From Candidatus Omnitrophota bacterium (GTDB taxonomy: Bacteria > Omnitrophota > Gorgyraeia > Zapsychrales > Fredricksoniimonadaceae): DNA of 64,000 nucleotides. The notes below the pieces were generated by a model. The model did not search any database. It was not told where the DNA came from and saw only the letters and a program-made list of their open reading frames with translations. How positions within the stretch are numbered: position 1 is the first letter of the stretch; each line of letters begins with the position of its first letter. The translations under genes and the position numbers were made by a program. The DNA lies in the NCBI GenBank assembly GCA_903860135.1, contig CAIOPG010000011.1:320-64319 (forward strand), given 5' to 3'. This document shows positions 29,903-40,445 of this stretch, piece after piece.

Positions 29903-30628
29903 TTATTTGATTTCAACCTGGATATCTACCTTGGCACCCTGACGCTTGACAGACTGATTCTGACCATCCTTAAGCAAGTATCCGTTATTCCCATACAGCA
30001 TTTCAAGCCTGTCATGCTGTTTTTGAGCAGCATCCCTTACAGCCGCCGCTTCTTTTTCAAGCACACGGATATTCTTTTTCATCACCCTGATATGCTTGCG
30101 GTATGCCACAATACTTGTCCTGATGTCAGAGGCATTGGAAAGGTCGGGCTGAAAGACCGCGAGATCCTTGCGCACGGTTTCCAAATCGCCCTCAAGACGC
30201 TTGCTCTTGCTCTTGAAAGCATTGATCATCGCCTCAAGGGAATCTCCTTTAGCCTTGGCTTTTTCCTTGTAACGTTCGAACGATTGCACCGTCAAACGCA
30301 TCGCCTCGTTCATGGCCTGTACGGACGCCAGTTGAGCGCGCGAAAGATCGAGTTCAACCTTGGCGGCTTCAAGTTTTGCGGTTAATTCGGCAACCTTCTG
30401 ATCGGCCGACGCCAGAAGAGACTTCGTCTGTTGATACTCCTTCATATAATAATTCAAATTAACAGACTGTTCCTGAGCCGCCGCCTCAAGGCTAACCACG
30501 GTCTGCTGAAGTGTTTGATAATTTTTCAACCAGATAGCGAGGGTAAAAAGCGTCAGACCCCCTACCAAAATTAAGGAAATAAGACGAAATTTAGTGCTCT
30601 TTCCAATTTCTTTCATAGATGTACTCAC
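29903..30628 (-). CDS. Membrane-anchored coiled-coil hypothetical protein
   Basis: One N-terminal TM helix, long heptad-rich region, short C-terminal 'YGNNGYLLKDG' segment. Confidence 0.75.
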   Translation of the reverse strand: MSTSMKEIGKSTKFRLISLILVGGLTLFTLAIWLKNYQTLQQTVVSLEAAAQEQSVNLNYYMKEYQQTKSLLASADQKVAELTAKLEAAKVELDLSRAQLASVQAMNEAMRLTVQSFERYKEKAKAKGDSLEAMINAFKSKSKRLEGDLETVRKDLAVFQPDLSNASDIRTSIVAYRKHIRVMKKNIRVLEKEAAAVRDAAQKQHDRLEMLYGNNGYLLKDGQNQSVKRQGAKVDIQVEIK

Positions 30629-30727
30629 AGGATTGATTAACCTTGAACGTTATAGTATTTTAAACAATGAAAAAGAGTATATCTTTACTCCGAAGCAAAC
30701 ACAAGAAAATTTCATTCTACCGCGGCA

Positions 30728-32488
30728 TCACTTGCTTTTAAAAAGATCAAAGACAGCGTTCACGGCTTGCGCAGCTTCGGGCGTACCTAAAACCTCCTGC
30801 AACTTTTCACTGCCTTGCCCCGCGATCATTTTCTGCGCCAGATATTGCATGTCCGGCATAATCTTAACTTTCAGCAACGTCCCACTCACCTTGACAGGAA
30901 GATAGATCCGCCCCTGCTCATCCTTAAGCCCGGCGAGTTCTCCGGATCTCTCTGTCAGGCGGTCTGACACTTCCTTGACAATGCGTATGTCTGCCTTAAG
31001 GTCCAGCGGGCCTGCCAAATTGATCGTGCCCTGCACCTGAGCCTGCAGATCAGGCGTGGCGACATCTGCCGTAGAAATATGCACAATACCATCAGCGATA
31101 TTCGCCTGCGCAAGGCAGGTGTTCAAACGGGTTATACCCTGGCTCGAGGCCTTCTGTGTTTCAGCCGGAAGCCCTGACATGGCACTTTCAAGAACTCCCG
31201 ATAACAAGGGGATCTTGCCCAAACCAAAGGCCAATAAATTCACATTATCAATCTGCCCGTTACTGATTGCTCCCTTGACATCACCTTTAAGGGAAGCCAT
31301 CACCGCTTCAGGTGTTTTCCCCCGGAACTTCAGATCACCCGTAAAAGCCAGCGCGCCGCTGACCTTCACCGGAAGCTTATAGCTTTCAAGAAGTTCCTTG
31401 ATATCAATGCCCTCACCGTTAACAAGGGTACTGACCGCAAAATCCGTTAAGTAATCGGAAACCAGCGCCGTGGCCTTGACACTACCACCGGCCACAACAA
31501 GAGAAATATTTTTAACGTCAACATTTTGGGCATTAACATCCGCTTGAATCGCAATATTACGCAGGGTGTCAGGCGCCAGTGTAGAAACAACCTCTCCATT
31601 ATCCAGAAGAACCTGTGCCTTAAGATCCGAAAGCACGGAAGCCCCTGCGGTCAGTTCACCTATGGCAACCGTCACAATCCCCTGGAGCTTTTTCAATCCC
31701 GCAGGGCCGATCATGGGAAGTTCCTGTTTTAAGCGTGCCGGATCAATGCTGGCAAGATCAACCAGTCCCTTCAATCCACTGATGCGCACCTGTTGACGGG
31801 CCATGTCGAATGAAAAATCAGCATCGATCGTCAGATTTTGTTCTTTCGCAAATACAGCGGCCCTGATCAACCCGTGAAATGGCTGTGTGAAATTCAGGTC
31901 GTTCACCTGCAAATCAATATGTTCCAGGCGCAAGGACAGCTCAGGCGTCATCATTTTGTCACTAAAAATAATTTCCGCACCCGAGACTTTGATATCCTTG
32001 ACAAGCAACGCCAGCATAACTGCCGGCATAATGACCGGCGGAGCCTCGGTCGCCGAAGCCTTAATATCAGTTGCAACAAGTCGTTTCCCAATGCCGGCGG
32101 CATTGATCTGCCCATCCGCTGAACGGACAATGACTATCTTGGGCGCAACGACCAGCACATGGGTCACCTGCAAGCTGTGTTGGAACACAAGCGCATTAAG
32201 GTTCAACCCGACCTCTATCCGGTCGACCGTCAAGAACGGTGCCGCGGAGAATTTTGGATCATCCGCTAGGGCGATCGCGCTGATCTGGATCCCTATGCCC
32301 TGACTCAGGGAAAATCCCATGCTCGCCTGCCCGACCTTAACATCCCGTCCCAGCATGGTCGCAAGCTGACGCGTTACCTGGGGAATGTGTTTGTTCAAGT
32401 CAATAGTTTTAAAGAAAATGACAAGTCCCGCCATCAACAAAAACAAGAACGCAAATAAACTAATGAGCACGATCTTTAAAATCTTCAT
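30728..32488 (-). CDS. AsmA family protein
   Basis: N-terminal TM, 'LGRDVKVG', 'I.DDP.FS..PFL' and a beta-rich AsmA-like C-terminus. Start chosen at ATG 32488 (GGAG upstream). Confidence 0.85.
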   Translation of the reverse strand: MKILKIVLISLFAFLFLLMAGLVIFFKTIDLNKHIPQVTRQLATMLGRDVKVGQASMGFSLSQGIGIQISAIALADDPKFSAAPFLTVDRIEVGLNLNALVFQHSLQVTHVLVVAPKIVIVRSADGQINAAGIGKRLVATDIKASATEAPPVIMPAVMLALLVKDIKVSGAEIIFSDKMMTPELSLRLEHIDLQVNDLNFTQPFHGLIRAAVFAKEQNLTIDADFSFDMARQQVRISGLKGLVDLASIDPARLKQELPMIGPAGLKKLQGIVTVAIGELTAGASVLSDLKAQVLLDNGEVVSTLAPDTLRNIAIQADVNAQNVDVKNISLVVAGGSVKATALVSDYLTDFAVSTLVNGEGIDIKELLESYKLPVKVSGALAFTGDLKFRGKTPEAVMASLKGDVKGAISNGQIDNVNLLAFGLGKIPLLSGVLESAMSGLPAETQKASSQGITRLNTCLAQANIADGIVHISTADVATPDLQAQVQGTINLAGPLDLKADIRIVKEVSDRLTERSGELAGLKDEQGRIYLPVKVSGTLLKVKIMPDMQYLAQKMIAGQGSEKLQEVLGTPEAAQAVNAVFDLFKSK

Positions 32489-32554
32489 TATCTTCTCCAT
32501 TTTTTTACTACAGGGATCCAAATCGATCAAAACCTGTGTGCTGGCAAAAATGCA

Positions 32555-34798
32555 TCAACGGACGGCATTACGGTCGTACACATCAAGCGTGACCTTAATA
32601 TCTTTCAAACGGCCATCTTCAGCAGGCGTTTCAACGCCTTTGGCCTGCCACGCTTTTGTCTGCGCCTTTCTGGCGGCTTCCAAATAATAGGCTGTCTTTT
32701 TATATCCCTTGATCAACGCATCAACCTGACGAAAATCCTCAATAGCTTCCTGATACATTTTTTTATTATAAAGCGTAATGGCATCATTATAAAAACGATC
32801 GACCCCCTCTTCGAATTCCTTCCGGACCGCCGCGCGCTGTTCTTCAAGCTGACGTTTTTGCCGGGCAACCGCCTGCGTTACCATGACATCCGACGTGTCT
32901 TCAGTAGCCGCTCCGCCAGGAAGATCTGTCTCCGTTAATGAAAAATCTTTCTTAGGATCTGGAAATTCCCTAAGGATCGATTGAACCGTCATCCGGTTGC
33001 GGCGTAACATATCTTGCTGTTCTCGATCTCGCTGATCCCTGGAACGCTGCTCCTGCAACTGGTCAGCCACAGCCTTTGCATCCTTCTCAACCTTTCTTTC
33101 CTCCAATAACTTTTGAAGCGCCTGTAGCTTCTTCTTATCAGCTTCTTCATCCGTCTGACGAAGATATTTCGCCTGCTTACGTAGATAGCTTGATTCCAAA
33201 GCCAACGCACGTTTATCCATCAAACGCTTTTGCTCAACGGTCTTTTGCCCCACAACGACGGGTGCCTTCACAGCCTTGCGCACCTTGGCCTCAGATACCT
33301 GTTTGGCTTGGCGCACCGCCAGCTCCTGCGACTGCCTATCCTGCTCGGCGATGGATCTGGCCCTGATACTGCGTTCTTTCAAATAACGGTTTTCGAGCGC
33401 GTTGCGCTCTGCCTCAGAAACCTTCCGGTCTTTAGCCAGAGCATCCGCAACCAGTGCCATATACTTACGCGCAGAACGCTTTTGTGCCGGCGACCCGATC
33501 TCTGCCAATTCCTCAAATTTGATACCAGCCTCCCTGTAGCGCCTGGCGCTGTAAAGGCTCTTGCCCTCTTCAGCAACATTGTTCGCCCGTCTGATCACAA
33601 CCGGCAACCTGACCTGCGGAGCCTCTAGGGCAATGGCACTTTCGGCATTGATCTGCTTCTGCAAGCGCTGGGCTTCAAAGTCACGTTTAGCAAGAAACCG
33701 GTCTATACGGACAATGTAGGATTTTGCCGCATTCTCACACGAAGGATCCATCAGTGCCGCGTCAATAAACTGGGTGCGTGCCTGCACATAATCCTGGCTT
33801 TCGTAGGATTTTTGTGCGGCAGCAAAAATAGCCCCGGACTTTTCCACCGCCGCAGGATCCTGTGAATGGCTTCCTTTACGCGTTTTGCGGCCGGAAACTT
33901 TTTTCTCCCAACGGGAAACATATTGAGTTCTACGGTCTTCCACGCGTGTTTTAACAGCCTGGATGTCTTTGAGGATCGTTTCAAGATCATTGAAACGCGC
34001 TTCCACCGCCGCATATTCCCTGCGGCGCGTCAGGTCCAGGATCTCCACATTAACTGTTGTCGCTTTCCTTGCCAGAACTTGAACCGCCTCACGATCACGC
34101 GCCTCTTCGATCCGCACCTGCTCATCATCTTTAATACGTTCCAACTTGGCGAGATATACGCGGGTGTCTTTAAAGTCATGCGACGCTGTTTCAAGCTTCA
34201 AAAAACACTCGGAAGAAGCACTATAATTCTTCTCACGCCAGAACTTTAATGCCTTCTGATAAAGATCCTCCGCCACCTTATCTGTGGGCACCGGGCACGG
34301 CCTCACCGCCGGAACAACTGCCTTGACCACCGGAGCAACCGGCTTAACCGGCACCATAGCCGCCTTGACCGCCTGACGTTTTAATTTCTCATCTTCCTTA
34401 TGTTTCTGGCGTAAGGCCGCCTCTTCTTCAGACTTCTTCTGGCGCACAACAGCCTCTTCTTCAGCCCTCCGCTGACGCTCCCTATCTGCTATGGCGCGGC
34501 GACGGTCAAGCTCAAGTCCCTCAATGAACTTGTCCACATTGGCAAACGTCCTGGCCGTAGACGCGAGTTCTTTACCTTCTGACAAAGACTTGATGCGCTG
34601 AAGGATCTTTTTGGAACGCGCGGCGATCGCCGCCAACGCTTTATCTTCACGTAAACTCTTCTGGTCTAAAACCGGAGGATTGCCTTGGGAAATATTGCTT
34701 TTGTCAGAAACAGAAGGGGGCTTTTCAGCGGCACTAACAGATATTCCGCCAACAATAGAAAGCAGTGCAATAAAAATAATAAACAGATATTTTTTCAT
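32555..34798 (-). CDS. Exported coiled-coil/TPR-like hypothetical protein
   Basis: Signal peptide and several TPR-like helical hairpins (LYQKALKFWREKNY, YESQDYVQARTQF, FYNDAITLYNKKMYQEA) separated by charged coiled coils. Confidence 0.75.
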   Translation of the reverse strand: MKKYLFIIFIALLSIVGGISVSAAEKPPSVSDKSNISQGNPPVLDQKSLREDKALAAIAARSKKILQRIKSLSEGKELASTARTFANVDKFIEGLELDRRRAIADRERQRRAEEEAVVRQKKSEEEAALRQKHKEDEKLKRQAVKAAMVPVKPVAPVVKAVVPAVRPCPVPTDKVAEDLYQKALKFWREKNYSASSECFLKLETASHDFKDTRVYLAKLERIKDDEQVRIEEARDREAVQVLARKATTVNVEILDLTRRREYAAVEARFNDLETILKDIQAVKTRVEDRRTQYVSRWEKKVSGRKTRKGSHSQDPAAVEKSGAIFAAAQKSYESQDYVQARTQFIDAALMDPSCENAAKSYIVRIDRFLAKRDFEAQRLQKQINAESAIALEAPQVRLPVVIRRANNVAEEGKSLYSARRYREAGIKFEELAEIGSPAQKRSARKYMALVADALAKDRKVSEAERNALENRYLKERSIRARSIAEQDRQSQELAVRQAKQVSEAKVRKAVKAPVVVGQKTVEQKRLMDKRALALESSYLRKQAKYLRQTDEEADKKKLQALQKLLEERKVEKDAKAVADQLQEQRSRDQRDREQQDMLRRNRMTVQSILREFPDPKKDFSLTETDLPGGAATEDTSDVMVTQAVARQKRQLEEQRAAVRKEFEEGVDRFYNDAITLYNKKMYQEAIEDFRQVDALIKGYKKTAYYLEAARKAQTKAWQAKGVETPAEDGRLKDIKVTLDVYDRNAVR

Positions 34799-34899
34799 GA
34801 AAACTCTTGGCCTCTCGACAAAGATTGAGGGATGCAGGTTAAAACGGTTTATAGTAGCACAGCCCCAGATGCTTGTTCCACATTTTTTTCAGGAAAGAA

Positions 34900-35607
34900 T
34901 TACAGGCAGCGGGAAAGAAATGCCGTCACCGCTGTTTCCACACGCAATACCCTGGGCCCAAGCCCCGCCAAAGAACAGCCCGCGGCACAAAAAGCATCGA
35001 GCTCCTGCGCGATAAACCCGCCTTCAGGCCCGATCACAAGGACTTTCGGTCCAGGCCAAGGGATACCGATCTTGTCCCCCGAAGGATCTGCGACCAACCC
35101 CCTGCGGCCCTCCAACAATTTCGGCAAGTCCTCTTGCATAAAAGACTTCTGGCAACGATGCAGAAAAACCGCAGGCATAACCGTATCCCTTGCCTGTTCA
35201 AGGCCAAGGATAAGCTGTTCCCGGATATCTGTTGCTTCAAGCGCGGTGCTTTGCCAGAAACTTTTTTCAACCCGCTGAGAGTGAAAAACGTGAATGGCCT
35301 CAACCCCCATGGCTGTGGCTGACTGCAAGACCCGCCGGAAAACAGGCGGCCGCATAAGCGCGACCGCCAGGATAACCGGTATCTTCAGTGGAGCGTCTTG
35401 CGACAAAGCAATATCCATTTCCAACTCACTGTCGGTCAATCGGACAACAACCCCCTGCCCTGTTCGGCCATTCTCAACCCCAACAATAAGCCTGTCACCA
35501 ACAACGGCGCGATGAATAGCCATCACATGGGCATGGCGACGTCCGGCAAGAATAACCCTGCTTGTAGCGGGAATAAAATCGGAAGGAAAGAGGAGGATTA
35601 GATTCAT
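34900..35607 (-). CDS. rsmE: 16S rRNA m3U1498 methyltransferase RsmE family
   Basis: SPOUT motifs IGPEGGF and LGPRVLRVETA; GLEQARDT subtype. Confidence 0.9.
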   Translation of the reverse strand: MNLILLFPSDFIPATSRVILAGRRHAHVMAIHRAVVGDRLIVGVENGRTGQGVVVRLTDSELEMDIALSQDAPLKIPVILAVALMRPPVFRRVLQSATAMGVEAIHVFHSQRVEKSFWQSTALEATDIREQLILGLEQARDTVMPAVFLHRCQKSFMQEDLPKLLEGRRGLVADPSGDKIGIPWPGPKVLVIGPEGGFIAQELDAFCAAGCSLAGLGPRVLRVETAVTAFLSRCL

Positions 35608-35645
35608 AAAAAGCAGGGGCGTGGGCAGAGCCCTCCACCCCTGCT
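35607..35645 (-). terminator. Putative intrinsic terminator after HPF gene
   Basis: Stem agcagggg ... cccctgct with a T-run on the minus strand. Confidence 0.6.
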
Positions 35646-35655
35646 GATCAACACT

Positions 35656-36051
35656 TTATTCTTCCATCCTGAGGGCCTTGCGCAGGCGCGCCGGGATCAT
35701 GCGCGCGAGGGTGTGCGACTTGACCTTCTTTTTCTGACGATCAACAACAACCTCGACCTGGCGCCGGACAGCAATGAACGCATCGCGCACAACCGCCGAA
35801 AGGTTATCATGAACGTTGCGCCCGGAATCACGCTTGACCACGATCTCGTGATGCGGCGGCATGCGCACATCGATGCGGACATGATAGGTATGCCGGGCAT
35901 GCTGATGGGTCGGGTTCTGCTCGATGAATACGCGGCAGCTGATAATATGATCGCAGGAATGCTCCAGCTTTCCGAGCTTTTCCTGTACAACCGCTTCGAT
36001 CGCGGCTTTGTCATCAACGTTCTTCATGATCAGTTCTAAAGGCAGCTGCAT
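35656..36051 (-). CDS. HPF/RaiA ribosome-associated inhibitor family protein
   Basis: S30AE-like pattern: KLE...IISCRVFIE...HVRIDV..P..EIVV...AVVRDAF..RRQ. GGAGG RBS upstream. Confidence 0.85.
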   Translation of the reverse strand: MQLPLELIMKNVDDKAAIEAVVQEKLGKLEHSCDHIISCRVFIEQNPTHQHARHTYHVRIDVRMPPHHEIVVKRDSGRNVHDNLSAVVRDAFIAVRRQVEVVVDRQKKKVKSHTLARMIPARLRKALRMEE

Positions 36052-36135
36052 AATACCTCCGTGTTATTGTCTTGATGCTCTTCTTTATTTTCGCCATAAT
36101 TTGCCGTTTGTCAACGGCGTAAATGCGGATAATAA

Positions 36136-36164
36136 TTGACGCCCCAAAAAACAAGGGCTAGAAT
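36136..36164 (+). promoter_or_regulatory. Sigma70-type promoter for helicase
   Basis: TTGACG (36136-41), 17 nt spacer, TAGAAT (36159-64). Implies a start at ATG 36175 with a very short leader. Confidence 0.6.
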
Positions 36165-36174
36165 GACGGCACTT

Positions 36175-38331
36175 ATGCATTTTGAAGACCTTCTTGTCCG
36201 ACACAATTTCCCTCCGGCTTACCGGCAAGCCCTGCTGGCCGGAGGCATCACCATGCTCCATCCGCCCCAGGCCGATGCCATCCACGCCGGGGTGCTTAAC
36301 GGCACCAATGTCATCCTGGCTGTGCCCACGGCCTCGGGGAAAACGCTGATCGCGGAACTCGCGATACTGAAAGCCATCTTTGAAAAAGGCGGCCGATGCC
36401 TGTATATCGCCCCTCTTAAAGCCCTGGCCAGCGAAAAATACCGCGACTTCAAAAAAAAATACGAACCGCTCGGGATCAAGGTCGGCATCGCCATCGGCGA
36501 TCTTGATTCACCCTCGGCTTATCTGAAAGATTACCAGATCATCATCGCCACCGCCGAAAAGATGGACTCGCTCCTGCGCGCGCGTTCCCCCTGGCTTTCC
36601 AACGGGATCGCCGTCACGGTATTCGATGAGGTCCATGTCATCAATGATGCCAGCCGCGGGCCGACCCTCGAAATTCTTATTACACGCATCCGGCTGATGA
36701 ACCCGGAAATGCAGGTGCTGGCGCTGTCGGCCACCGTCGCCAATGCCCGGGAAATGGCTGACTGGCTGAACGCGAAAGCCGTGATCAGCTCCTGGCGGCC
36801 CATCCCCCTCCATGAAGGTATTTATTACAACAAGCGCCTGACCTATGAAAGCGGGCGCATCAAGATCCTCCATGAAGACGCACCCGATGAAACACAACAG
36901 CTGGTCATGGACACCTTGCGCGGCCAGGGGCAGGTGCTGGTCTTTGTCAATGCCCGGCGTTCCACGCAGTCTGTCGCCCGTGAGCTGTGCCGCTGGGTCG
37001 GGCCTTTGCTCACGCCCGAAGAAAAAGACATCCTGAAAACAGTTGCCAGCGACATCGCACCGGAAACATCCGCCACCAAAGTCTGTAAAAAACTGGCCGA
37101 AGTTGTCGTCCACGGGGTGGCCTTCCACCACGCAGGGCTCAAGCCGGACCAGCGCGAAGCCATTGAGGAAAATTTCAAAAAAAACATCATCAAGGTCATT
37201 TGCTGTACACCAACGCTGGCCGCCGGCGTCAACCTCCCGGCTCGCCGCGCCATTATCCGTGATACCAAGCGCTATGTTTCCGGCGCCGGCTCTGTCTTCA
37301 TCGCGGCATCGGAATACAAGCAGTGCGCCGGCCGCGCAGGCCGCCCGCAATACGATGAATACGGTGAAGCTGTCCTGATCGCCAAATCGCTTTCGGAACA
37401 GGATGCCCTGTTTGACCGCTTTATTCTGGCGCCGCCCGAACCGGTCATCTCCAAACTTTCCGACGAAGCCCAGTTGAGGCGTCACGTTCTGGCCTCGGTG
37501 GCCGGCGGGTATGTCCATGATGTCAACGGCATGTTTGAATTCCTTGAACACACCTTCCTCGCCCATCAGCATAAAGGCGCGAACCTGATCGAACTTGTGG
37601 GCGGCATCTTTGATTTTCTGCACCGGGAACAATTCATCGACAAAAGCGGTTTTAGGTTCTTCCCGACGCCCTTTGGCGCCCGGGTCAGCCGCCTGTACAT
37701 CGACCCTGTTTCGGCTTTAGTGTTAAAGAAAGGCCTGGCCCGCATTGCCGCCGGAACCAATTTCTCGTCGATCGGCATCTTGCACCTTATCTGCTCGTGC
37801 CCGGACAGCGAACGCCTGTCCGTCGGCAAGAAAGGCCTGGAAGAACTTGAAGATTTCGGTAACAAGGTGGCCGATGAGCTGGTCATGACCCGTGAAGATA
37901 TCCAGTCCCTGCAGGATTATTACACATCGCTTGGCGTGCTTAAAACCGTCTGGATGCTGTTACGCTGGATGGATGAAGAAAAAGAAGAAGCTGTTTGCGA
38001 GCGCTTCGACATCGGGCCAGGCGACATTTTCCGCCACACCGAATCCGCCCAATGGCTCGTCTACGCCGCGCAATCGATCGCTGAAGTTTATCAGTTCAAG
38101 AAACTGACCCATTTTCTGGAAGGCTTAAAGAACCGCGTGCGCTACGGCATCAAGGCAGAACTGCTCGAACTCGCCGGGCTCAAAGGTATCGGCCGCATCC
38201 GCGCCCGCGTCCTTTTCGACCACGGCTACCAGACCCGCGCCGATTTCAAGAACGCCACCGAAACCGACCTCGCCCCCATCAAAACCATCGGCCCGGCGCT
38301 GGCGAAGGATATTTTGCGGCAGGTGGGATGA
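36175..38331 (+). CDS. hel308: Hel308/Ski2-like SF2 DNA helicase (archaeal type)
   Basis: [57 protein letters not shown], and a C-terminal HhH domain with GIGRIRAR (domain V RAR motif). Confidence 0.88.
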   Translation: MHFEDLLVRHNFPPAYRQALLAGGITMLHPPQADAIHAGVLNGTNVILAVPTASGKTLIAELAILKAIFEKGGRCLYIAPLKALASEKYRDFKKKYEPLGIKVGIAIGDLDSPSAYLKDYQIIIATAEKMDSLLRARSPWLSNGIAVTVFDEVHVINDASRGPTLEILITRIRLMNPEMQVLALSATVANAREMADWLNAKAVISSWRPIPLHEGIYYNKRLTYESGRIKILHEDAPDETQQLVMDTLRGQGQVLVFVNARRSTQSVARELCRWVGPLLTPEEKDILKTVASDIAPETSATKVCKKLAEVVVHGVAFHHAGLKPDQREAIEENFKKNIIKVICCTPTLAAGVNLPARRAIIRDTKRYVSGAGSVFIAASEYKQCAGRAGRPQYDEYGEAVLIAKSLSEQDALFDRFILAPPEPVISKLSDEAQLRRHVLASVAGGYVHDVNGMFEFLEHTFLAHQHKGANLIELVGGIFDFLHREQFIDKSGFRFFPTPFGARVSRLYIDPVSALVLKKGLARIAAGTNFSSIGILHLICSCPDSERLSVGKKGLEELEDFGNKVADELVMTREDIQSLQDYYTSLGVLKTVWMLLRWMDEEKEEAVCERFDIGPGDIFRHTESAQWLVYAAQSIAEVYQFKKLTHFLEGLKNRVRYGIKAELLELAGLKGIGRIRARVLFDHGYQTRADFKNATETDLAPIKTIGPALAKDILRQVG
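38128..38155 (+). repeat. 28-bp direct repeat copy 1 (inside hel308 3' region; candidate attL)
   Basis: aagaaccgcgtgcgctacggcatcaagg matches 48194-48221 at 27/28 positions. Confidence 0.75.
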
Positions 38332-38386
38332 TGTTCGACCTACGAAGACCAATACTTCATATTCCCATGACTCAAATGACGTAGTA

Positions 38387-38415
38387 TTGACATTGTGAAC
38401 TTTAAATAGTATCTT
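38387..38415 (+). promoter_or_regulatory. Sigma70 promoter of toxin-antitoxin pair (likely leaderless mRNA)
   Basis: TTGACA (38387-92), 17 nt spacer, TATCTT (38410-15). ATG at 38422 lies at the expected transcription start. Confidence 0.65.
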
Positions 38416-38421
38416 AACTTT

Positions 38422-38706
38422 ATGCTTTATAAATGGGACATTGATAAGAATGCCTGGCTTAAAGAACATCGAAACGTTTCTTTCGAAGAAATCATTGGGT
38501 GTATCGCAGACCAGAAGATTATCGACGTGATCGAGCATCACAATCAACGAAAATATGCCCATCAAAAGATCATGGTTGTGGCATTAAACGGATACGCTTT
38601 TCATGTCCCATACGTTGAAGATCACGAAGGAAGTTGTTTTCTTAAAACAATAATACCAAGTCGAAAATCAACCAGAAAATATTTGGAGCATACTTATGAA
38701 ACTTGA
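38422..38706 (+). CDS. BrnT-like toxin
   Basis: WD..KN.WLK..R.VSFEEI, H.N..KY.HQ, VPYV, FLKTIIPSRK.T motifs. Confidence 0.82.
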   Translation: MLYKWDIDKNAWLKEHRNVSFEEIIGCIADQKIIDVIEHHNQRKYAHQKIMVVALNGYAFHVPYVEDHEGSCFLKTIIPSRKSTRKYLEHTYET

Positions 38707-38971
38707 TAAAGAAGAACAGGCATTATTAAATTCTATTGAGAACAAAGAATGGATGCGGATTAAGAATTTTGAAAGCGAATCAAAAAAGTTACAACAGACC
38801 GCTATCAAAACCCTACGCAAAGATCAACGCATCAGCATTCGCTTAGCCAAGTATGATCTTGATGGGCTCAAGATGAAAGCCGTCGATGAAGGCATTCCCT
38901 ACCAGACAATTATTGCCAGTCTTATTCATAAATACATCACTGGCCGGATCGGCACGAAGATAGTTGCCTAA
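38696..38971 (+). CDS. CopG/BrnA-like antitoxin
   Basis: LDKEEQ, KDQRISIRL, GIPYQT.I.S..HKY motifs. Overlaps the toxin stop. Confidence 0.82.
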   Translation: MKLDKEEQALLNSIENKEWMRIKNFESESKKLQQTAIKTLRKDQRISIRLAKYDLDGLKMKAVDEGIPYQTIIASLIHKYITGRIGTKIVA

Positions 38972-39114
38972 CTTCCTGATTGCCCCACCACTGCCTTGAC
39001 ATCATTATCATGCACGTTCCTCGAACTCATGCCTTTGCCATGGCCATGGACACCGGGTGCCCAGGATCAGAAGTACAAATGCAAGGAAAATGAGCATCTT
39101 GTATCTTCTATAAA

Positions 39115-39255
39115 CCCGGATTTTGCAATAGCCAAAGAATTTGTGTCGCAAGCTATTAAAATTAAATGAGTTGTACTATTACAATGCAATAGAAACTGTA
39201 CAATTTAGTGCATTGGGTTTCAGTCGGTATTTTGAGTCTTATTGCAAAATCCGGG
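39115..39255. mobile_element. 141-bp non-autonomous IS derivative (MITE)
   Basis: Perfect 16-bp terminal inverted repeats CCCGGATTTTGCAATA (39115-30) / TATTGCAAAATCCGGG (39240-55), flanked by 5-bp direct repeat ATAAA (39110-14, 39256-60). No transposase. Confidence 0.85.
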
Positions 39256-39275
39256 ATAAATGTTACCAAATTCTT

Positions 39276-40445
39276 TCACCGATTTCCTTTTGCACGATTA
39301 TGCGACTTGCATAACATCTGACAATTCTTGATATTTGTCCCACCACCCTTGCTCCATGCGGCGACATGGTCAGCGTCCATTTCAGCCAACTTCCAAGACT
39401 TGCTCTTGTTAGCATCATGCCCAAGGGCACAAAGGGGACAGTTTGACGCACCTTTTGCTTCAGCTTTTTTAGTCTGTGATTCAAAAATGGATCTCTTTGT
39501 TGCATCATCAAAAACTCGAACATCCAGCAATTTCGTATCCGTCGAACCGCCAAGGATGTACTCAAAAACACCTTTTCGATTTTTGACATAAGGATCACTG
39601 TGTAACTTTTTTACCTCGTCTGATACCTTGGCTGGACTATACGCCGTTGCGTGATACTCTTCATACAATCGTCCCCACTCAAGCCCGCGCATCTCGCTTG
39701 CAACATCGATAAAGACACTGGAAACCCATTCGATCACGCTGTTGAAATACCTTTTAAGTTCGTTGATATCTGTGTCACGGCGATGCCGACACATATAATC
39801 GCCAATATTACCCTTACTAACCCAATCCAGCGCACATTCCAGAAATTCCTGCCGATTGGCACTACCAGAAATATACGAGCTCCATTTTTGGATATTGGCA
39901 TTTTGACTATTACTAAATTCTTCCTTACCAAGTGTAACAAATGACCCTGAATACACGGCGTTGAGTCGTTCTTGAGCATTGAGTGGGACGCCGACAATAT
40001 TAATTGTTTCGAACCACTCTTTTATCTCACTTTCCGTCCCTTCACATTCATAAATAAGCAGCTTTGTTTCCAATAGCCTATCTTTCTTATCTTTTGCCAT
40101 ACCACTAAAATACTGTGGCATACCGCTTTCATCTGTAATGGCAAATTTCCCCGTCACAAATCGTCCAAGACTGGTAATGCGCTGTTGCCCGTCTAAGACT
40201 TCCAGTTTACTATCGTTGACTTTATTGAAATAAATCAATCCTATAGGGTACCCCTTGAGGACTGATGCGATGACAGCCATTTCTTTCCTGCCGCCGTCAG
40301 AAACATAAATGTAGTTACGCTGATACTCTGGTTGGATAGTCAATTTACCAGATAAGCCGAATAGACCCTTGCCTTCAAGTTCGTTATAAACAAAACCTTC
40401 GCAAATATCTCTAACAGTAATACTCGTCTTAAGCGTTGCTTCCAT
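39276..40445 (-). CDS. DUF262 (GmrS/ParB-like) + HNH endonuclease
   Basis: [24 protein letters not shown], and a C-terminal CPLC...DADH...GG.TN..N.QMLC..HN..K HNH motif. Confidence 0.88.
   Translation of the reverse strand: MEATLKTSITVRDICEGFVYNELEGKGLFGLSGKLTIQPEYQRNYIYVSDGGRKEMAVIASVLKGYPIGLIYFNKVNDSKLEVLDGQQRITSLGRFVTGKFAITDESGMPQYFSGMAKDKKDRLLETKLLIYECEGTESEIKEWFETINIVGVPLNAQERLNAVYSGSFVTLGKEEFSNSQNANIQKWSSYISGSANRQEFLECALDWVSKGNIGDYMCRHRRDTDINELKRYFNSVIEWVSSVFIDVASEMRGLEWGRLYEEYHATAYSPAKVSDEVKKLHSDPYVKNRKGVFEYILGGSTDTKLLDVRVFDDATKRSIFESQTKKAEAKGASNCPLCALGHDANKSKSWKLAEMDADHVAAWSKGGGTNIKNCQMLCKSHNRAKGNR

Noticed and set aside
36508-37632. 374-aa minus-strand ORF and other long antisense ORFs (e.g. 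26790-27635, 27921-28835, 50772-51692, 56338-57201)
   Set aside because: They overlap well-supported genes on the opposite strand and show no recognisable motifs.
38985-39105. Signal-peptide-like remnant (MLIFLAFVLLILG) next to the MITE
   Set aside because: Too short and frameshifted to assign with any confidence.
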